Below, in pieces: positions 9,701 to 19,273 of a stretch of 39,160 nt of DNA (the first letter of the stretch is position 1; every line of letters begins with the position of its first letter). Source of the stretch: an uncultured Clostridium sp. (lineage in GTDB: Bacteria > Bacillota > Clostridia > TANB77 > CAG-508); NCBI GenBank assembly GCA_964493175.1, contig CAZBMU010000001.1, positions 1 to 39,160 of the forward strand. Direction: 5' to 3'. Position numbers and translations under genes: made by a program. The notes beneath the pieces are model-generated. The model was not told the DNA's origin. It worked only from the letters and a program-made list of their open reading frames with translations, and searched no databases.

Positions 9701-10123
9701 TTAATAGTTAAATCCAATAACTTTTGTTATTAAAACAACATCTGTTGATATATCAGAACCAACATCTCCGTTAGTCATATTGACTCTTTGATTATAATTA
9801 AATGTTATAGATGTTCCCGAAATTGATATTTCTGCCGTATACAAATATTGATAAGTTCCATTATAATGTGAAAATAATACAGAACTTTTTCCATTTGGAT
9901 TAAATATTTCTATTGTATTGTAAAAGCTATTTCTGATATTTTTATATTCTATTTTTATTCTTTGAAAATTTGCAACACTTTCGTTTAATGTTATAGTTCC
10001 AGTTGTCCCGCTTGAATTATCATATAATGTAGTTCCTTCTAATAAATCACTTAATTTTTTTCTTCCATGCACTATGCTTGTACTGTCTAAATATGTTTCA
10101 TTCTTAAATTTTACACTCTTCAT
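9701..10123 (-). CDS. Small structural-module protein, paralog B (candidate receptor-binding or fiber-tip module)
   Basis: 140 aa, similar along its whole length to the neighbour 10148..10591 (shared ..LEGT.LY.NS.G....ITL.ES..NF.. and C-terminal ITKVIG). Confidence 0.5.
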   Translation of the reverse strand: MKSVKFKNETYLDSTSIVHGRKKLSDLLEGTTLYDNSSGTTGTITLNESVANFQRIKIEYKNIRNSFYNTIEIFNPNGKSSVLFSHYNGTYQYLYTAEISISGTSITFNYNQRVNMTNGDVGSDISTDVVLITKVIGFNY

Positions 10124-10147
10124 CTCTTAATTAGCTTAAGATGATAA

Positions 10148-10591
10148 TTATTTATATCCTATTACTTTTGTTATATAAATCATTCCACCATTGTCAAAAA
10201 TAGCACTACCATTATTTGTAAAATATACCCTCCTATTGTTTTCCAAAGAGATATTTGTTTCTGAAATAATTCCCCTAGCAACAATAAAATAAAGATTGTT
10301 TACACCACTTATAGGTGCTAATAATGTTATTTGTTTATCGTTAGGATTATTTATTTTAAGGAAATTATAATTGTATATTGAACCTTGTTCTCCTGCAAAA
10401 TATATTTCTAAACAATCAAAGTTTTCTGCACTTTCACTTAATGTTATTGATGTACCACTTCCTGTGCTATTGTTATATAAAACTGTTCCTTCCAATGTTT
10501 CATAAACACTTTTATGTTTTCCATTTTTACTATGTATTACTGATTTGTCATCTATATAATTACCATCTTCTAATTTATAACTTTTAGCCAT
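10148..10591 (-). CDS. Small structural-module protein, paralog A
   Basis: 147 aa. There is no SD within 12 nt of its ATG; the nearest SD-like sequence is inside an upstream hairpin. Confidence 0.5.
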   Translation of the reverse strand: MAKSYKLEDGNYIDDKSVIHSKNGKHKSVYETLEGTVLYNNSTGSGTSITLSESAENFDCLEIYFAGEQGSIYNYNFLKINNPNDKQITLLAPISGVNNLYFIVARGIISETNISLENNRRVYFTNNGSAIFDNGGMIYITKVIGYK

Positions 10592-10603
10592 TTTATTTTT
10601 TTC

Positions 10604-10679
10604 GAGGAAGTTTAACTTACTCTACTTCCTCCTTTGCTCCAAATAAAAAGGAAGAAGTTATAAATAAGCTTCCTCCTTT
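10604..10679 (-). promoter_or_regulatory. Two hairpins, each built on an AAAGGAGGAAG repeat
   Basis: Hairpin 1: arms 10679-10669 and 10657-10647, 11 bp with one G-U, followed by UUAUUU (terminator-like). Hairpin 2: arms 10631-10624 and 10611-10604, 8 bp perfect; it sequesters the GGAGG 13 nt upstream of the ATG at 10591. Confidence 0.5.
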
Positions 10680-10753
10680 CTTTGTAAAATACTCGTGTGT
10701 GTGTGTGTGTGTGTGTGTGTTACAGCCCCAAGGCTTTTATTGATTTTTTTCAT
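10658..10753 (-). CDS. 31-codon ORF containing the dinucleotide repeat
   Basis: ATG at 10753 immediately follows the upstream stop, with GGAGG 8 nt upstream; translation MKKINKSLGAV(TH)4TSILQRKEEAYL. The C-terminus depends on repeat length. Confidence 0.35.
   Translation of the reverse strand: MKKINKSLGAVTHTHTHTHTSILQRKEEAYL
10695..10720. repeat. Perfect (GT)13 microsatellite
   Basis: 26 nt of uninterrupted GT read directly; it is (AC)13 in the sense of the minus-strand operon. Confidence 0.97.
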
Positions 10754-10954
10754 TTATGATTCCTCCCATTCTTCTACCTCTACAAATGATGGTAGATCCA
10801 TTTCGTTTAAGTCATCTACTAGTTTATTAAATTTTGTTTTTATTGTTTTATTTCCTTTGTCAAATTCTGCTTTTAACTCTGTTGACGTCATTGCTGGTGT
10901 GTCTGACAATAAGCTTATGTTTTCAACATTTTCTGTAATTTTCTCAAATTCCAT
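10754..10954 (-). CDS. Hypothetical acidic 66-aa structural-module protein
   Basis: ORF track; SD present. Confidence 0.5.
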   Translation of the reverse strand: MEFEKITENVENISLLSDTPAMTSTELKAEFDKGNKTIKTKFNKLVDDLNEMDLPSFVEVEEWEES

Positions 10955-10965
10955 ATTTTCCTCCT

Positions 10966-12864
10966 TTATAAATAATTTACTGATTTTACATATCCACCTA
11001 TAAAAGCTTCTAATGTAGCATTGAATATTCCAAATGGTTTGTCTAATTCATCTGAATAGAATGTCATTGATATTTGACTCCACTTCTTCTGTTTGATTTT
11101 ATATTTCATAAATGACTTACTAGATGTTGTAAATGCAAAATCAATAAACGAAAAATCATCAAAAGAAAAACCACTAGATATGTATCTAGTGACATAAGTT
11201 TCATCTATTTTATCCGTTTTTACTTTTAATTTGCAAATACTATTTTGAATTGTTTTCATACTAGCAATTCCGCCTCTTTTATTAGTTGTCTTCAAATGGT
11301 TTTCTGATGTAAAACTATCATCAGGTGTTTGCCATTGACTGTATATTAATCTTCCATTATCGTTGTATCTGTTATCGACAAACTTTGCTACTACTCCATT
11401 TATTGTTCCAAAGTATAAACTCTCATCATATTCTTTAAGTAATGTTGCTTTATAAAATGTACCTTCTACTACATCGCCTATATTATCCCAATAATACCAT
11501 TCGTATTCTTGCTGTTGAGTTCCTTTATTTAAGAATTGTTGTCTGTTGTCTGCTAAGTATATATGTCCATTTATTAAGCATAAAAGATAACCCCTCCATT
11601 GTTCTAAGTGAACATTTTCTAAATCGCTTTCATTTACAAGTTTACTGTCTACCATTGTTGATTTATGTTCTATACTTCTTTCATAACCTAAATTAAGTTT
11701 TGTAAAACTTTTTAGTCCTAACCTGCTCATAAATACTGGTTCATCTAAAAAGTTTTTACTTCCCCAGAATGATATACATCCTACTCCTGCTAATCCTTGT
11801 TTTGTTGGATATACTGTTTCAGTTTCGTCATTTGTAGTTATTTCTTTAGGGGTATGATAATAAACTACAGAGTCTTGTTGGTCATCTTTCTTAATTACAA
11901 GTATACTATCTCCTACTCTCATTAAAGACGTTATTGATACGTTATCGCTTCCATCTTGATAATATGCAGTATCTGAAATATATGTAGGGTCATTTAACAT
12001 ACTATGGAATAAAGCATTTGGAAAGTCTGAATTTCCACTATAAAACACTCTATTGTCAAATATACAACTTAATATACATTTGCTTATTCTTGTCGAATAT
12101 CCACTTACTGTCTTGGCAAACGTGATTACTACATTATCTTGTCCTGCTGTACTTGGTGCAGATGGTGCTGTGTTAAATGTTACTACTCCTGTTGTTCTAT
12201 TTACTGTAAAATCTGTTCCTTCTGTTTTATTTGTTCCATTTACTGTTGCTGTTACTGTAGTTGAATCTAATCCACTTGAATCTAATGTATAATTTCTATC
12301 TGTTCCGTTTCCTAAAAATGAGTTCTTACGTTTAGGCTGTAATACGTTTACAGGTTGATAAAGTGTTCCTCCACCTGATGGTGCTCTTGCAATTGTTGTC
12401 GTGGGTATAAAAGCATCACTTGACACAGGTTGAATTGTATTTCCATCATAATATAAATAATTTGTTCCGTCGTTTATATACATTTTATTATTATACACAA
12501 ACGATACTGATTTTTTTTGTGCCATTGTTGAGTATAACTCTGTCATGTTTGATTCTTCTTGTGCATTTGGATAATCACTCCACAATAAAAGTTTAGTTCC
12601 ACTATGTACTATTACTTTTAAAGAGTTCGTCTTGATAAAATGTATTCCAAATATTTCAGAGTTCAATTCCAATATATTTATAAACCCTGGTCTAGTTTCA
12701 ATTGCTTGTCCTAAACTAGACTTATAATCTTTATACATATTTACACAATTTGGACTTCTATTAAGCTGTACTTGAGAACTGTCAGATGTATAATCTACTC
12801 CTGCAAAATTGCTATACACTCTTGTTTTAGGTGTCTTAGGTGTAAAACTTGGTATGGTTGCCAT
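10966..12864 (-). CDS. Large structural protein (tail or adsorption apparatus candidate)
   Basis: ORF track, 632 aa, located between the head genes and the fiber-like genes. No family recognised by eye. Confidence 0.5.
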   Translation of the reverse strand: MATIPSFTPKTPKTRVYSNFAGVDYTSDSSQVQLNRSPNCVNMYKDYKSSLGQAIETRPGFINILELNSEIFGIHFIKTNSLKVIVHSGTKLLLWSDYPNAQEESNMTELYSTMAQKKSVSFVYNNKMYINDGTNYLYYDGNTIQPVSSDAFIPTTTIARAPSGGGTLYQPVNVLQPKRKNSFLGNGTDRNYTLDSSGLDSTTVTATVNGTNKTEGTDFTVNRTTGVVTFNTAPSAPSTAGQDNVVITFAKTVSGYSTRISKCILSCIFDNRVFYSGNSDFPNALFHSMLNDPTYISDTAYYQDGSDNVSITSLMRVGDSILVIKKDDQQDSVVYYHTPKEITTNDETETVYPTKQGLAGVGCISFWGSKNFLDEPVFMSRLGLKSFTKLNLGYERSIEHKSTMVDSKLVNESDLENVHLEQWRGYLLCLINGHIYLADNRQQFLNKGTQQQEYEWYYWDNIGDVVEGTFYKATLLKEYDESLYFGTINGVVAKFVDNRYNDNGRLIYSQWQTPDDSFTSENHLKTTNKRGGIASMKTIQNSICKLKVKTDKIDETYVTRYISSGFSFDDFSFIDFAFTTSSKSFMKYKIKQKKWSQISMTFYSDELDKPFGIFNATLEAFIGGYVKSVNYL

Positions 12865-12876
12865 GTTTCCTCCTTT

Positions 12877-13458
12877 CTACAAATTTCCTATCATTTGATT
12901 TATTGTTATTAATCCGTTATCTTCTTTTTTTACACTATTCATTAATATTTCTAATTTAGCATTATATTTTGCTTCAAAAGCTGTGTAATTAGCTGATACA
13001 TCACTTTTTAAAATATCACTTGCTACATAATAAGGTAAAACTTGTTGTGCTTCTAAATCTATTTCAAGTTCATAGCCGTCATCAGTTTCATTTGTTATCT
13101 CTTGAGGTTTTGCAAAATACTCAAATTCGAAATTTCCTAAACAGTCTTTATGTATTTTTAATTTGTTGTCTTGTATATAGTAATTTAGCAAACTACCATT
13201 ACTTGAATAATATCTCATTCTGTTTTCTTCCATATAATTTTCTGGAAGTGCTATAACGTTATACTCTGTTTCTGATTCCTCATCAATACTAAACTCATAA
13301 GTCTTTTTTATTTTTTTTATTAGTGAAAGTTCTATTTGTCCTAAATTACATAGACCGTTTAATTTTAACCTGATGTCTTCATCATCAGTTAAATTAGAAT
13401 TATTAGAATATTCATCTATTAACTTTACAGCTAATTCTTTTATTTGAGAAAGTGTCAT
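12877..13458 (-). CDS. Structural-module protein (head-tail connector candidate)
   Basis: ORF track, 193 aa; assignment from position only. Confidence 0.45.
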   Translation of the reverse strand: MTLSQIKELAVKLIDEYSNNSNLTDDEDIRLKLNGLCNLGQIELSLIKKIKKTYEFSIDEESETEYNVIALPENYMEENRMRYYSSNGSLLNYYIQDNKLKIHKDCLGNFEFEYFAKPQEITNETDDGYELEIDLEAQQVLPYYVASDILKSDVSANYTAFEAKYNAKLEILMNSVKKEDNGLITINQMIGNL

Positions 13459-13462
13459 TAAC

Positions 13463-13849
13463 TTATCCTCCTATTTTTTCTATTTGCTCTTTTATCTTGT
13501 TTATGTCTTCATATGACCTTAATGTCGTATAAGTATTGTCTGCAAATACTACTCCTATTGCATAATCTTTTATTGAATCAACAAATACACATTCTATTTT
13601 TGCGACTTCTTTATCGAATAACTTTTTAATATCTTCTAGTTGTTCATCTGTTTTCATTTCTGTTTTGTATTCGTCTTTGATATTTTTTTCTGTCTCCTCT
13701 ATAAACTCTACTATTTCATCTTCTGTTATTAATCCTTTGTGAAGCATTAATGCCATTGCATAAAATCCTACACTATAACTTATTTTTGTATCTTTTAATC
13801 TTTCTAATAAACTCTCTATCATATTTTCTCCTTTCCCTTTTATAGGCAC
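13463..13849 (-). CDS. Hypothetical protein downstream of the capsid gene
   Basis: ORF track, 128 aa. Confidence 0.45.
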   Translation of the reverse strand: MPIKGKGENMIESLLERLKDTKISYSVGFYAMALMLHKGLITEDEIVEFIEETEKNIKDEYKTEMKTDEQLEDIKKLFDKEVAKIECVFVDSIKDYAIGVVFADNTYTTLRSYEDINKIKEQIEKIGG

Positions 13850-13898
13850 ATTAAAAGGTACTATATACCCTTTAAGCTACCTATAAAAGGTAGCTTTT

Positions 13899-14756
13899 TT
13901 ATGCAGATAATGAACCGCTTTCTTTTACTTTGAATAATACTAATTCTTTTGGTTTGATTATTTTAGCACCAAATACGTGTAAAGAACTATATAATCCTTC
14001 AAATGCATTTTCTGCTTCAGCTATGAATCTTGACTTAACAATTTGGTCAGCATAAACGATAGCATTGTAAGAACCTGCTAAGCAGTAATGAACTCCAGCT
14101 GTTACTTTTACATTGTTACTTACGAATGTTTTCATTCCTAAATAGTCAGCCCATTCAAGACCACCTTCAAATCCTTTCATACCTTCGTTAACTCCAAATT
14201 TTAAACCTGCATTTGTTGCATATTCTTGTACCATTGGGTCGATTACGAAGAATCTTTGTCCTGCAGGTACGTTAGCTTCGTTAAGCTTTCTTGCTACTCT
14301 TGAGAAATATTGAAGAGCATTATCTTCAGATATTTCATTTCCTGCACCTGTTGCATCTACTACTGTTGTAATAGAGTTATCAGAAGCTAATGCTAATACA
14401 TAAGCATCAGCATTATCTTTTAATTCGTATGCTGCTCTTTCAACTTGAGTTCCTTTAATATCTATAGCACTTTGAAATGCTTCTATATCATCAACTTTAA
14501 ATGCTACATATTTTCTTTGATTGATTACTAAAGTTACTCCTTCATCGTTTAATGATTCATATGTAATTGTTCCTTCATAATCTTTTACTGTTGGTTTATC
14601 AAGTCCTGTGAATGTTACTTGGTCACCATATTTTTTAATTTGTGAACCTGTATCCATTGTACAGATTCTTTTTGCTACTAAATTTTTTTCTAATTCTTTT
14701 ATTACCTTTGCACTTACTAGTTTAGGTATTGATACTGTTATTGCATTATTTGCCAT
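13899..14756 (-). CDS. Major capsid protein
   Basis: 285 aa, directly after an acidic scaffold-like gene; codon usage and composition typical of a highly expressed gene; strong SD. Confidence 0.7.
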   Translation of the reverse strand: MANNAITVSIPKLVSAKVIKELEKNLVAKRICTMDTGSQIKKYGDQVTFTGLDKPTVKDYEGTITYESLNDEGVTLVINQRKYVAFKVDDIEAFQSAIDIKGTQVERAAYELKDNADAYVLALASDNSITTVVDATGAGNEISEDNALQYFSRVARKLNEANVPAGQRFFVIDPMVQEYATNAGLKFGVNEGMKGFEGGLEWADYLGMKTFVSNNVKVTAGVHYCLAGSYNAIVYADQIVKSRFIAEAENAFEGLYSSLHVFGAKIIKPKELVLFKVKESGSLSA

Positions 14757-14778
14757 TTTAAATTCCTTCTTTCTTTAA

Positions 14779-15615
14779 TTAATTTTTTAATCCAGCTATT
14801 TTTCTAAACTCTGGGTCGTCCCATATTTTAGCTATTTCTTGAGCTGTCATATTATCAAGTTTTGCCTGAGTATACTTGCTTGTTTCACTTTCATTGTTTT
14901 TAACACTTCCAGCACTAGCTGGTCTTTGTACTGGTTTGTTATTTAATTTTGTATAGGCTTGATATATTTCTTTAACTGAGACATTGTTTGACCATTTGCT
15001 TGCAAAATCTTTAAATTTACTGTCGTTTAACACTTTGTCAGGGTCTGCCCCTAACTCAAGCAAATCTTTCTTTGCCATTCTTTTTGAGTGTTCTTGCGAG
15101 ATAAGATACATAAGTTCTTCTTCTCTAACACTTCTATCTGGTTTTGAATAAAGCTCTGCAAATGTTTGTCTCATTACTTCTTCGCCTAAATCAATTACTT
15201 CTTCAGCATCTGCTTTTGCCAATGCTTTTTGCTCTTTTTCTGTGAGCATTTGGTCGTATTTAGGAATGTTTATTCCTTGATTTTCATAGCTTTTTTGAAG
15301 AGAATTTGTTAACTCAGGGATAGTATCTTCTTCAAATCCTCCTGCTTTTAAAGTGTTTATTAAAGGATTAATTTGTTTCTCATACTTGCTTCTTTCTCTT
15401 GCTATGATTTTGTTAATAGCTCTTTGATACTCTTCCTCTGTGTAAGTTCTTGGTTCTTCTACAGGTTCTTCTGTAGTTTCCTCAACAGGGTCATCTTGAG
15501 CTACTTCTAAGTCTTCATTTGAAGTCTCAATTTCTCCTTGTTCTTCTTGAACTTCCCCAACGTTTACGTCGTTGTCAACGATAGTTTCTTCAACTATTTC
15601 CTCATTTTCTTCCAT
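14779..15615 (-). CDS. Scaffolding protein
   Basis: 278 aa with a highly acidic N-terminus and helical character; sits between the portal region and the capsid gene. Confidence 0.6.
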   Translation of the reverse strand: MEENEEIVEETIVDNDVNVGEVQEEQGEIETSNEDLEVAQDDPVEETTEEPVEEPRTYTEEEYQRAINKIIARERSKYEKQINPLINTLKAGGFEEDTIPELTNSLQKSYENQGINIPKYDQMLTEKEQKALAKADAEEVIDLGEEVMRQTFAELYSKPDRSVREEELMYLISQEHSKRMAKKDLLELGADPDKVLNDSKFKDFASKWSNNVSVKEIYQAYTKLNNKPVQRPASAGSVKNNESETSKYTQAKLDNMTAQEIAKIWDDPEFRKIAGLKN

Positions 15616-15724
15616 AAGTTTCCTCCCGTTTAACGTCCGTCGACTAATTCCCAGTTGTTCTTTTAAGCCTACAAACAGTAAAAAGGCATAAAAAATAAGA
15701 GCCTGAGCTCTTAATGTTAAAAAC

Positions 15725-15871
15725 TTATTTACTTTCCCTTTCGTTGATTTCTTGTTCTTCTTCTACTGTTATTTTTGCTATATCTTTACATTTAGGGCAA
15801 TAATATACGACTTCTTTGTCATTTCTAACCATTACTACCATTTCAACTAAGGTATCTTTTTTACACTTCAT
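15725..15871 (-). CDS. Hypothetical 48-aa protein
   Basis: ATG at 15871 with a GGAGG SD; translation MKCKKDTLVEMVVMVRNDKEVVYYCPKCKDIAKITVEEEQEINERESK. Confidence 0.4.
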   Translation of the reverse strand: MKCKKDTLVEMVVMVRNDKEVVYYCPKCKDIAKITVEEEQEINERESK

Positions 15872-15883
15872 ATTTTCCTCCTA

Positions 15884-17122
15884 TTACTCTGTCCATTCAT
15901 CTAAAACCGTAAAAGACAGAAAGCCTGAATCTTCTATATAATCATATACACATTTTGCACTTGGATATTGTGTATTTGTTGAGCTTGAACTTATTGAAGT
16001 TACTTTATTTGATGTATTTTCTTTTCCGCTTATATCTTGATGAGAAGTTATTACAGTTCCTAAATCTACTACACCAGAAGTACCTTTAGAACTTCCATTC
16101 ATTTTTATTCCTGTAATAGTCCCTGTATATTGTTCTGTGTAAGACTGTAAAGCTGTATTTGCTTTGCCTAGACTTGTCTGTACACTACTTGCTAAATCTG
16201 TCTTAGGTATTCCTCCACTTGGTTTGCTATAAGTACCTTTATCATTCCATGTTTCTTTTTCTGCGTCTGTTACTAATCTATGCGTTGTGTCATCGTTTAA
16301 CTCTGATAAATCACTTGGAATGTCTATTCCCAAATCATTTAAAGATTTGTTCCCTGATAGTTCAACATTATTTATTTTAGGTTTGTTGGAAAGGTCATCG
16401 TAATCAGATGTTCCACCACTTCCATCACCTGTAATTTGTACCCATTTTTTATTTTTTCTTCCATATGTCTTATTATCTTTTGGAGCATCACTAAAAGCTC
16501 TCATTCCTCTTAGCTCTATATCTTTTCCATCTTTACCATGTAAACTCTTTATCCATTCCTCTGCAGTTCCTTTAAAACCTAATTCACAAGCTATATCATA
16601 AGCAGATTTTCCTGTATCTCCTTTTTGTAATTCTAACTTTTCAAACATTTCTTTTAAATCTTTAATGTTTGTTTTCAATATTAGATTCTCTTTTGTTATT
16701 TCAGAAAGTTCTTTATCTTTTATAGCTTTATTATTATTTATTTGTTTTGCTTGTGCATTTATTTTTTTTAATATATCATCTTGTATCTTTTCTATAGAGT
16801 TATTAATCTTTTCATATATTAACCCTAAATCATTTTTAATTTGATCTATCTTTCTATCTAAATCTTCTTTATTCTCTTGTCCTTCATAAGACAATTTTTC
16901 TCCTTGCTCTTTTATAGTGCTTATTTCTTCTGACATTTCCTTTTGAGCAATATTTATATAATTCTCATATGTGTTAACTACATCGTTTGTAAATTTCTTG
17001 TACTTTTCTAATTCGTTGTTAACAAATATTAAACCTTTAAAATTCTTTACTTGAGATAGCTCTTTTAATTCATTGTCTATAGCATTGATTTTTCTTGCTA
17101 ACCTTATTAGCTTATCGTCCAT
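15884..17122 (-). CDS. Fiber-like protein (coiled coil plus fiber-type repeats)
   Basis: 412 aa with an N-terminal coiled coil. Contains the motif GKSAYDIACELGFKGTAEEWIKSLHGKDG and ..DYDDLSNKPKINNVELSG.., both typical of Firmicute phage fibers. Confidence 0.5.
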   Translation of the reverse strand: MDDKLIRLARKINAIDNELKELSQVKNFKGLIFVNNELEKYKKFTNDVVNTYENYINIAQKEMSEEISTIKEQGEKLSYEGQENKEDLDRKIDQIKNDLGLIYEKINNSIEKIQDDILKKINAQAKQINNNKAIKDKELSEITKENLILKTNIKDLKEMFEKLELQKGDTGKSAYDIACELGFKGTAEEWIKSLHGKDGKDIELRGMRAFSDAPKDNKTYGRKNKKWVQITGDGSGGTSDYDDLSNKPKINNVELSGNKSLNDLGIDIPSDLSELNDDTTHRLVTDAEKETWNDKGTYSKPSGGIPKTDLASSVQTSLGKANTALQSYTEQYTGTITGIKMNGSSKGTSGVVDLGTVITSHQDISGKENTSNKVTSISSSSTNTQYPSAKCVYDYIEDSGFLSFTVLDEWTE

Positions 17123-17123
17123 A

Positions 17124-19013
17124 CTAACCTCCCATTAATTGATTAAACTCTTCTTCTTGTTGTGCTTCTTGTATCATTTGGTTCAATTGTTCTTGCTGTG
17201 CTTCAACATTACTTGCAACATCTTCTACTTCTTGTTCTTGTTGTCTTTGTTGAATAATATTATCAGCTTCCATTTGTTTGTTTTTAATGTCTTCTTCTAT
17301 GTTCATAAGTTCTCTTTCTTTATTTCGTCTGTTTCTTACTATCTCTTCTAATTTAGCTTTATTATATTTAGAATTGTCACTTAATCCATCTACCCATTCT
17401 TCAAATGTAATTGCACCTTTTACAAATAGGTTGTCCCACATTTCTTCTTGTGCATAAATTGAATATGGGTCTGTTTGTGCTACATTTACTTTTACTTTTA
17501 TTTTAAGCTGTGCCATTACTTCATGAGGAATAGTTTCTACTGTTACATTCGTTTTTCCTGTTTCCTCGTCTGTTTCCTCTATTATTATTCTTTTTCCTTC
17601 TACGTCTACATTTTGCCAAAAGTCAAATAATACTCTTGCAATATCTTCAAAGAATTTCTTGAATCTTGTTACGTGAATATTTAAAGGTACTGCAGCAGCA
17701 TCCCTTACTGCTATAACAGAACGTCCACTTGTCTTCTCAGGGTCTATTGTTCCTAGTGCTGCATCTGAAGCTGATGCATTATCTTTTGTTTTTTGTGATA
17801 ATTCATCATTAAACTGTTTAGCATCAGGACTAACCTGTGTAGGGTTTAAATAATCTATTGCACTTCTTATATCTTGTACTGCTTCGCCTTCAACTGCTAT
17901 TGCTACTCCTACTTTATTCAAGCTACTAGGGTTCTGTATTTTCTTTCTTAAATATGCTAGTTTAGGATATGCAGACATTTGAATTGCTATATCTCTTCTT
18001 GCTAGTGTTTGGTTTATTTCTATTTGATTACCTATCTTATCTTGAGGTTCCCCTCTTCCTCTTGCGTTGTTCTTCTCTCTTATCCATATCATTTTAGATA
18101 AAGGATATAGTGTTAAACCTAAATCTGTTTCTTGAACATAAACTACATTCTTTGTTGATTTAACCATATGTACTGTTGTTTTTGTTTCTGTTCCTACTTC
18201 AACTTCTATTTCCTGAGCATTACCATATTCATCTATTATTTGTCTTTTTTCTGTTTTCTTTATCTTCTTTGTTTTCTTGTATAGCTTTAATATACATAGA
18301 ACTTTACCTGAACCTACTTCTGTTTCTTTTTTGTTTCCTATTTGCTCATCTGTATCATTATCAGCTAAAATCTGTCGTACTTTATCTTCACTTAAACCAT
18401 TCCTTCTTGCTTCTTCTCTTACTTGTTCTACTGGTCTTCTAAAAGTTATTAATATAAACTCTTGATTTTGTATTTCAGGGTCGTTTTCATCTGAAAAGTA
18501 TATATTATTACCTTCTACCATTTCAGCTCTTTCAAGGTCATTCTCGTCTTTATAGATGTACATACATACCATACCACTTATACAGTTTTCTGTATTGTAA
18601 TCCCATATCTCTGTTTCTAAGTTGTTTGACTCAAAGAATGTATTAGCATTTTTGTTTAATAGCTCTACTGCTTTTTCGTATATCTTACGTTTAGAAGTTG
18701 TTTGTACTTCGCCTGTTTCATCTGTATATTCTATTTCCTTAAAATCTTCTTCATCTACATTTTCAGATGAATAAACTATAGTCATATTATTTTGATTTAC
18801 ATTACCTATCTTATAATTACATATTGAAGCAATTATATTATCCATAGGCATTGCATTGTTGCCACTTTCTAACCCTTTCCATTGGTCACCCATATAAAAG
18901 TTATAATTCTTTTCTAGTTGTCTATAATATCCCTTAGAGGTTAAATAATCTTTTATTTTTTGATATTGTGCAAATATTGTTGTTAAATCCTTTTCTTCAT
19001 TTTTGTTTTCCAT
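17124..19013 (-). CDS. Portal protein
   Basis: 629 aa, immediately downstream of TerL and a small ORF; acidic Q/E-rich C-terminus. Confidence 0.7.
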   Translation of the reverse strand: MENKNEEKDLTTIFAQYQKIKDYLTSKGYYRQLEKNYNFYMGDQWKGLESGNNAMPMDNIIASICNYKIGNVNQNNMTIVYSSENVDEEDFKEIEYTDETGEVQTTSKRKIYEKAVELLNKNANTFFESNNLETEIWDYNTENCISGMVCMYIYKDENDLERAEMVEGNNIYFSDENDPEIQNQEFILITFRRPVEQVREEARRNGLSEDKVRQILADNDTDEQIGNKKETEVGSGKVLCILKLYKKTKKIKKTEKRQIIDEYGNAQEIEVEVGTETKTTVHMVKSTKNVVYVQETDLGLTLYPLSKMIWIREKNNARGRGEPQDKIGNQIEINQTLARRDIAIQMSAYPKLAYLRKKIQNPSSLNKVGVAIAVEGEAVQDIRSAIDYLNPTQVSPDAKQFNDELSQKTKDNASASDAALGTIDPEKTSGRSVIAVRDAAAVPLNIHVTRFKKFFEDIARVLFDFWQNVDVEGKRIIIEETDEETGKTNVTVETIPHEVMAQLKIKVKVNVAQTDPYSIYAQEEMWDNLFVKGAITFEEWVDGLSDNSKYNKAKLEEIVRNRRNKERELMNIEEDIKNKQMEADNIIQQRQQEQEVEDVASNVEAQQEQLNQMIQEAQQEEEFNQLMGG

Positions 19014-19264
19014 TATCTAATCCTCCTTTGTCCTTCATCGTCGCCTTTGTAATTGTTGACGTTTTCTAGTAATTGGTTTAACTCATTTATTCTTGCTTCT
19101 TCTTCTTTTAATTCTTTGTGCTCTTCTGTGAATGGTATTCTCTTTTTGATTTTCTCCATATTTATCTCAGGCTGTATTTCTTCTTTGTTTGCAACTCTGT
19201 AACCTAATATAAAGCCAAAATAAAAGATAGCCGTTGTGACTATCATTAATAATATTTGTAACAT
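19013..19264 (-). CDS. Small membrane protein
   Basis: 83 aa with an N-terminal TM helix (ILLMIVTTAIFYFGFILGY). Confidence 0.45.
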   Translation of the reverse strand: MLQILLMIVTTAIFYFGFILGYRVANKEEIQPEINMEKIKKRIPFTEEHKELKEEEARINELNQLLENVNNYKGDDEGQRRIR

Positions 19265-19273
19265 TGTTCCCTC

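Noticed and set aside
10695-11003. 102-aa + strand ORF beginning MCVCVCVCV
   Set aside because: It is an artefact of reading through the (GT)13 repeat, antisense to real minus-strand genes.
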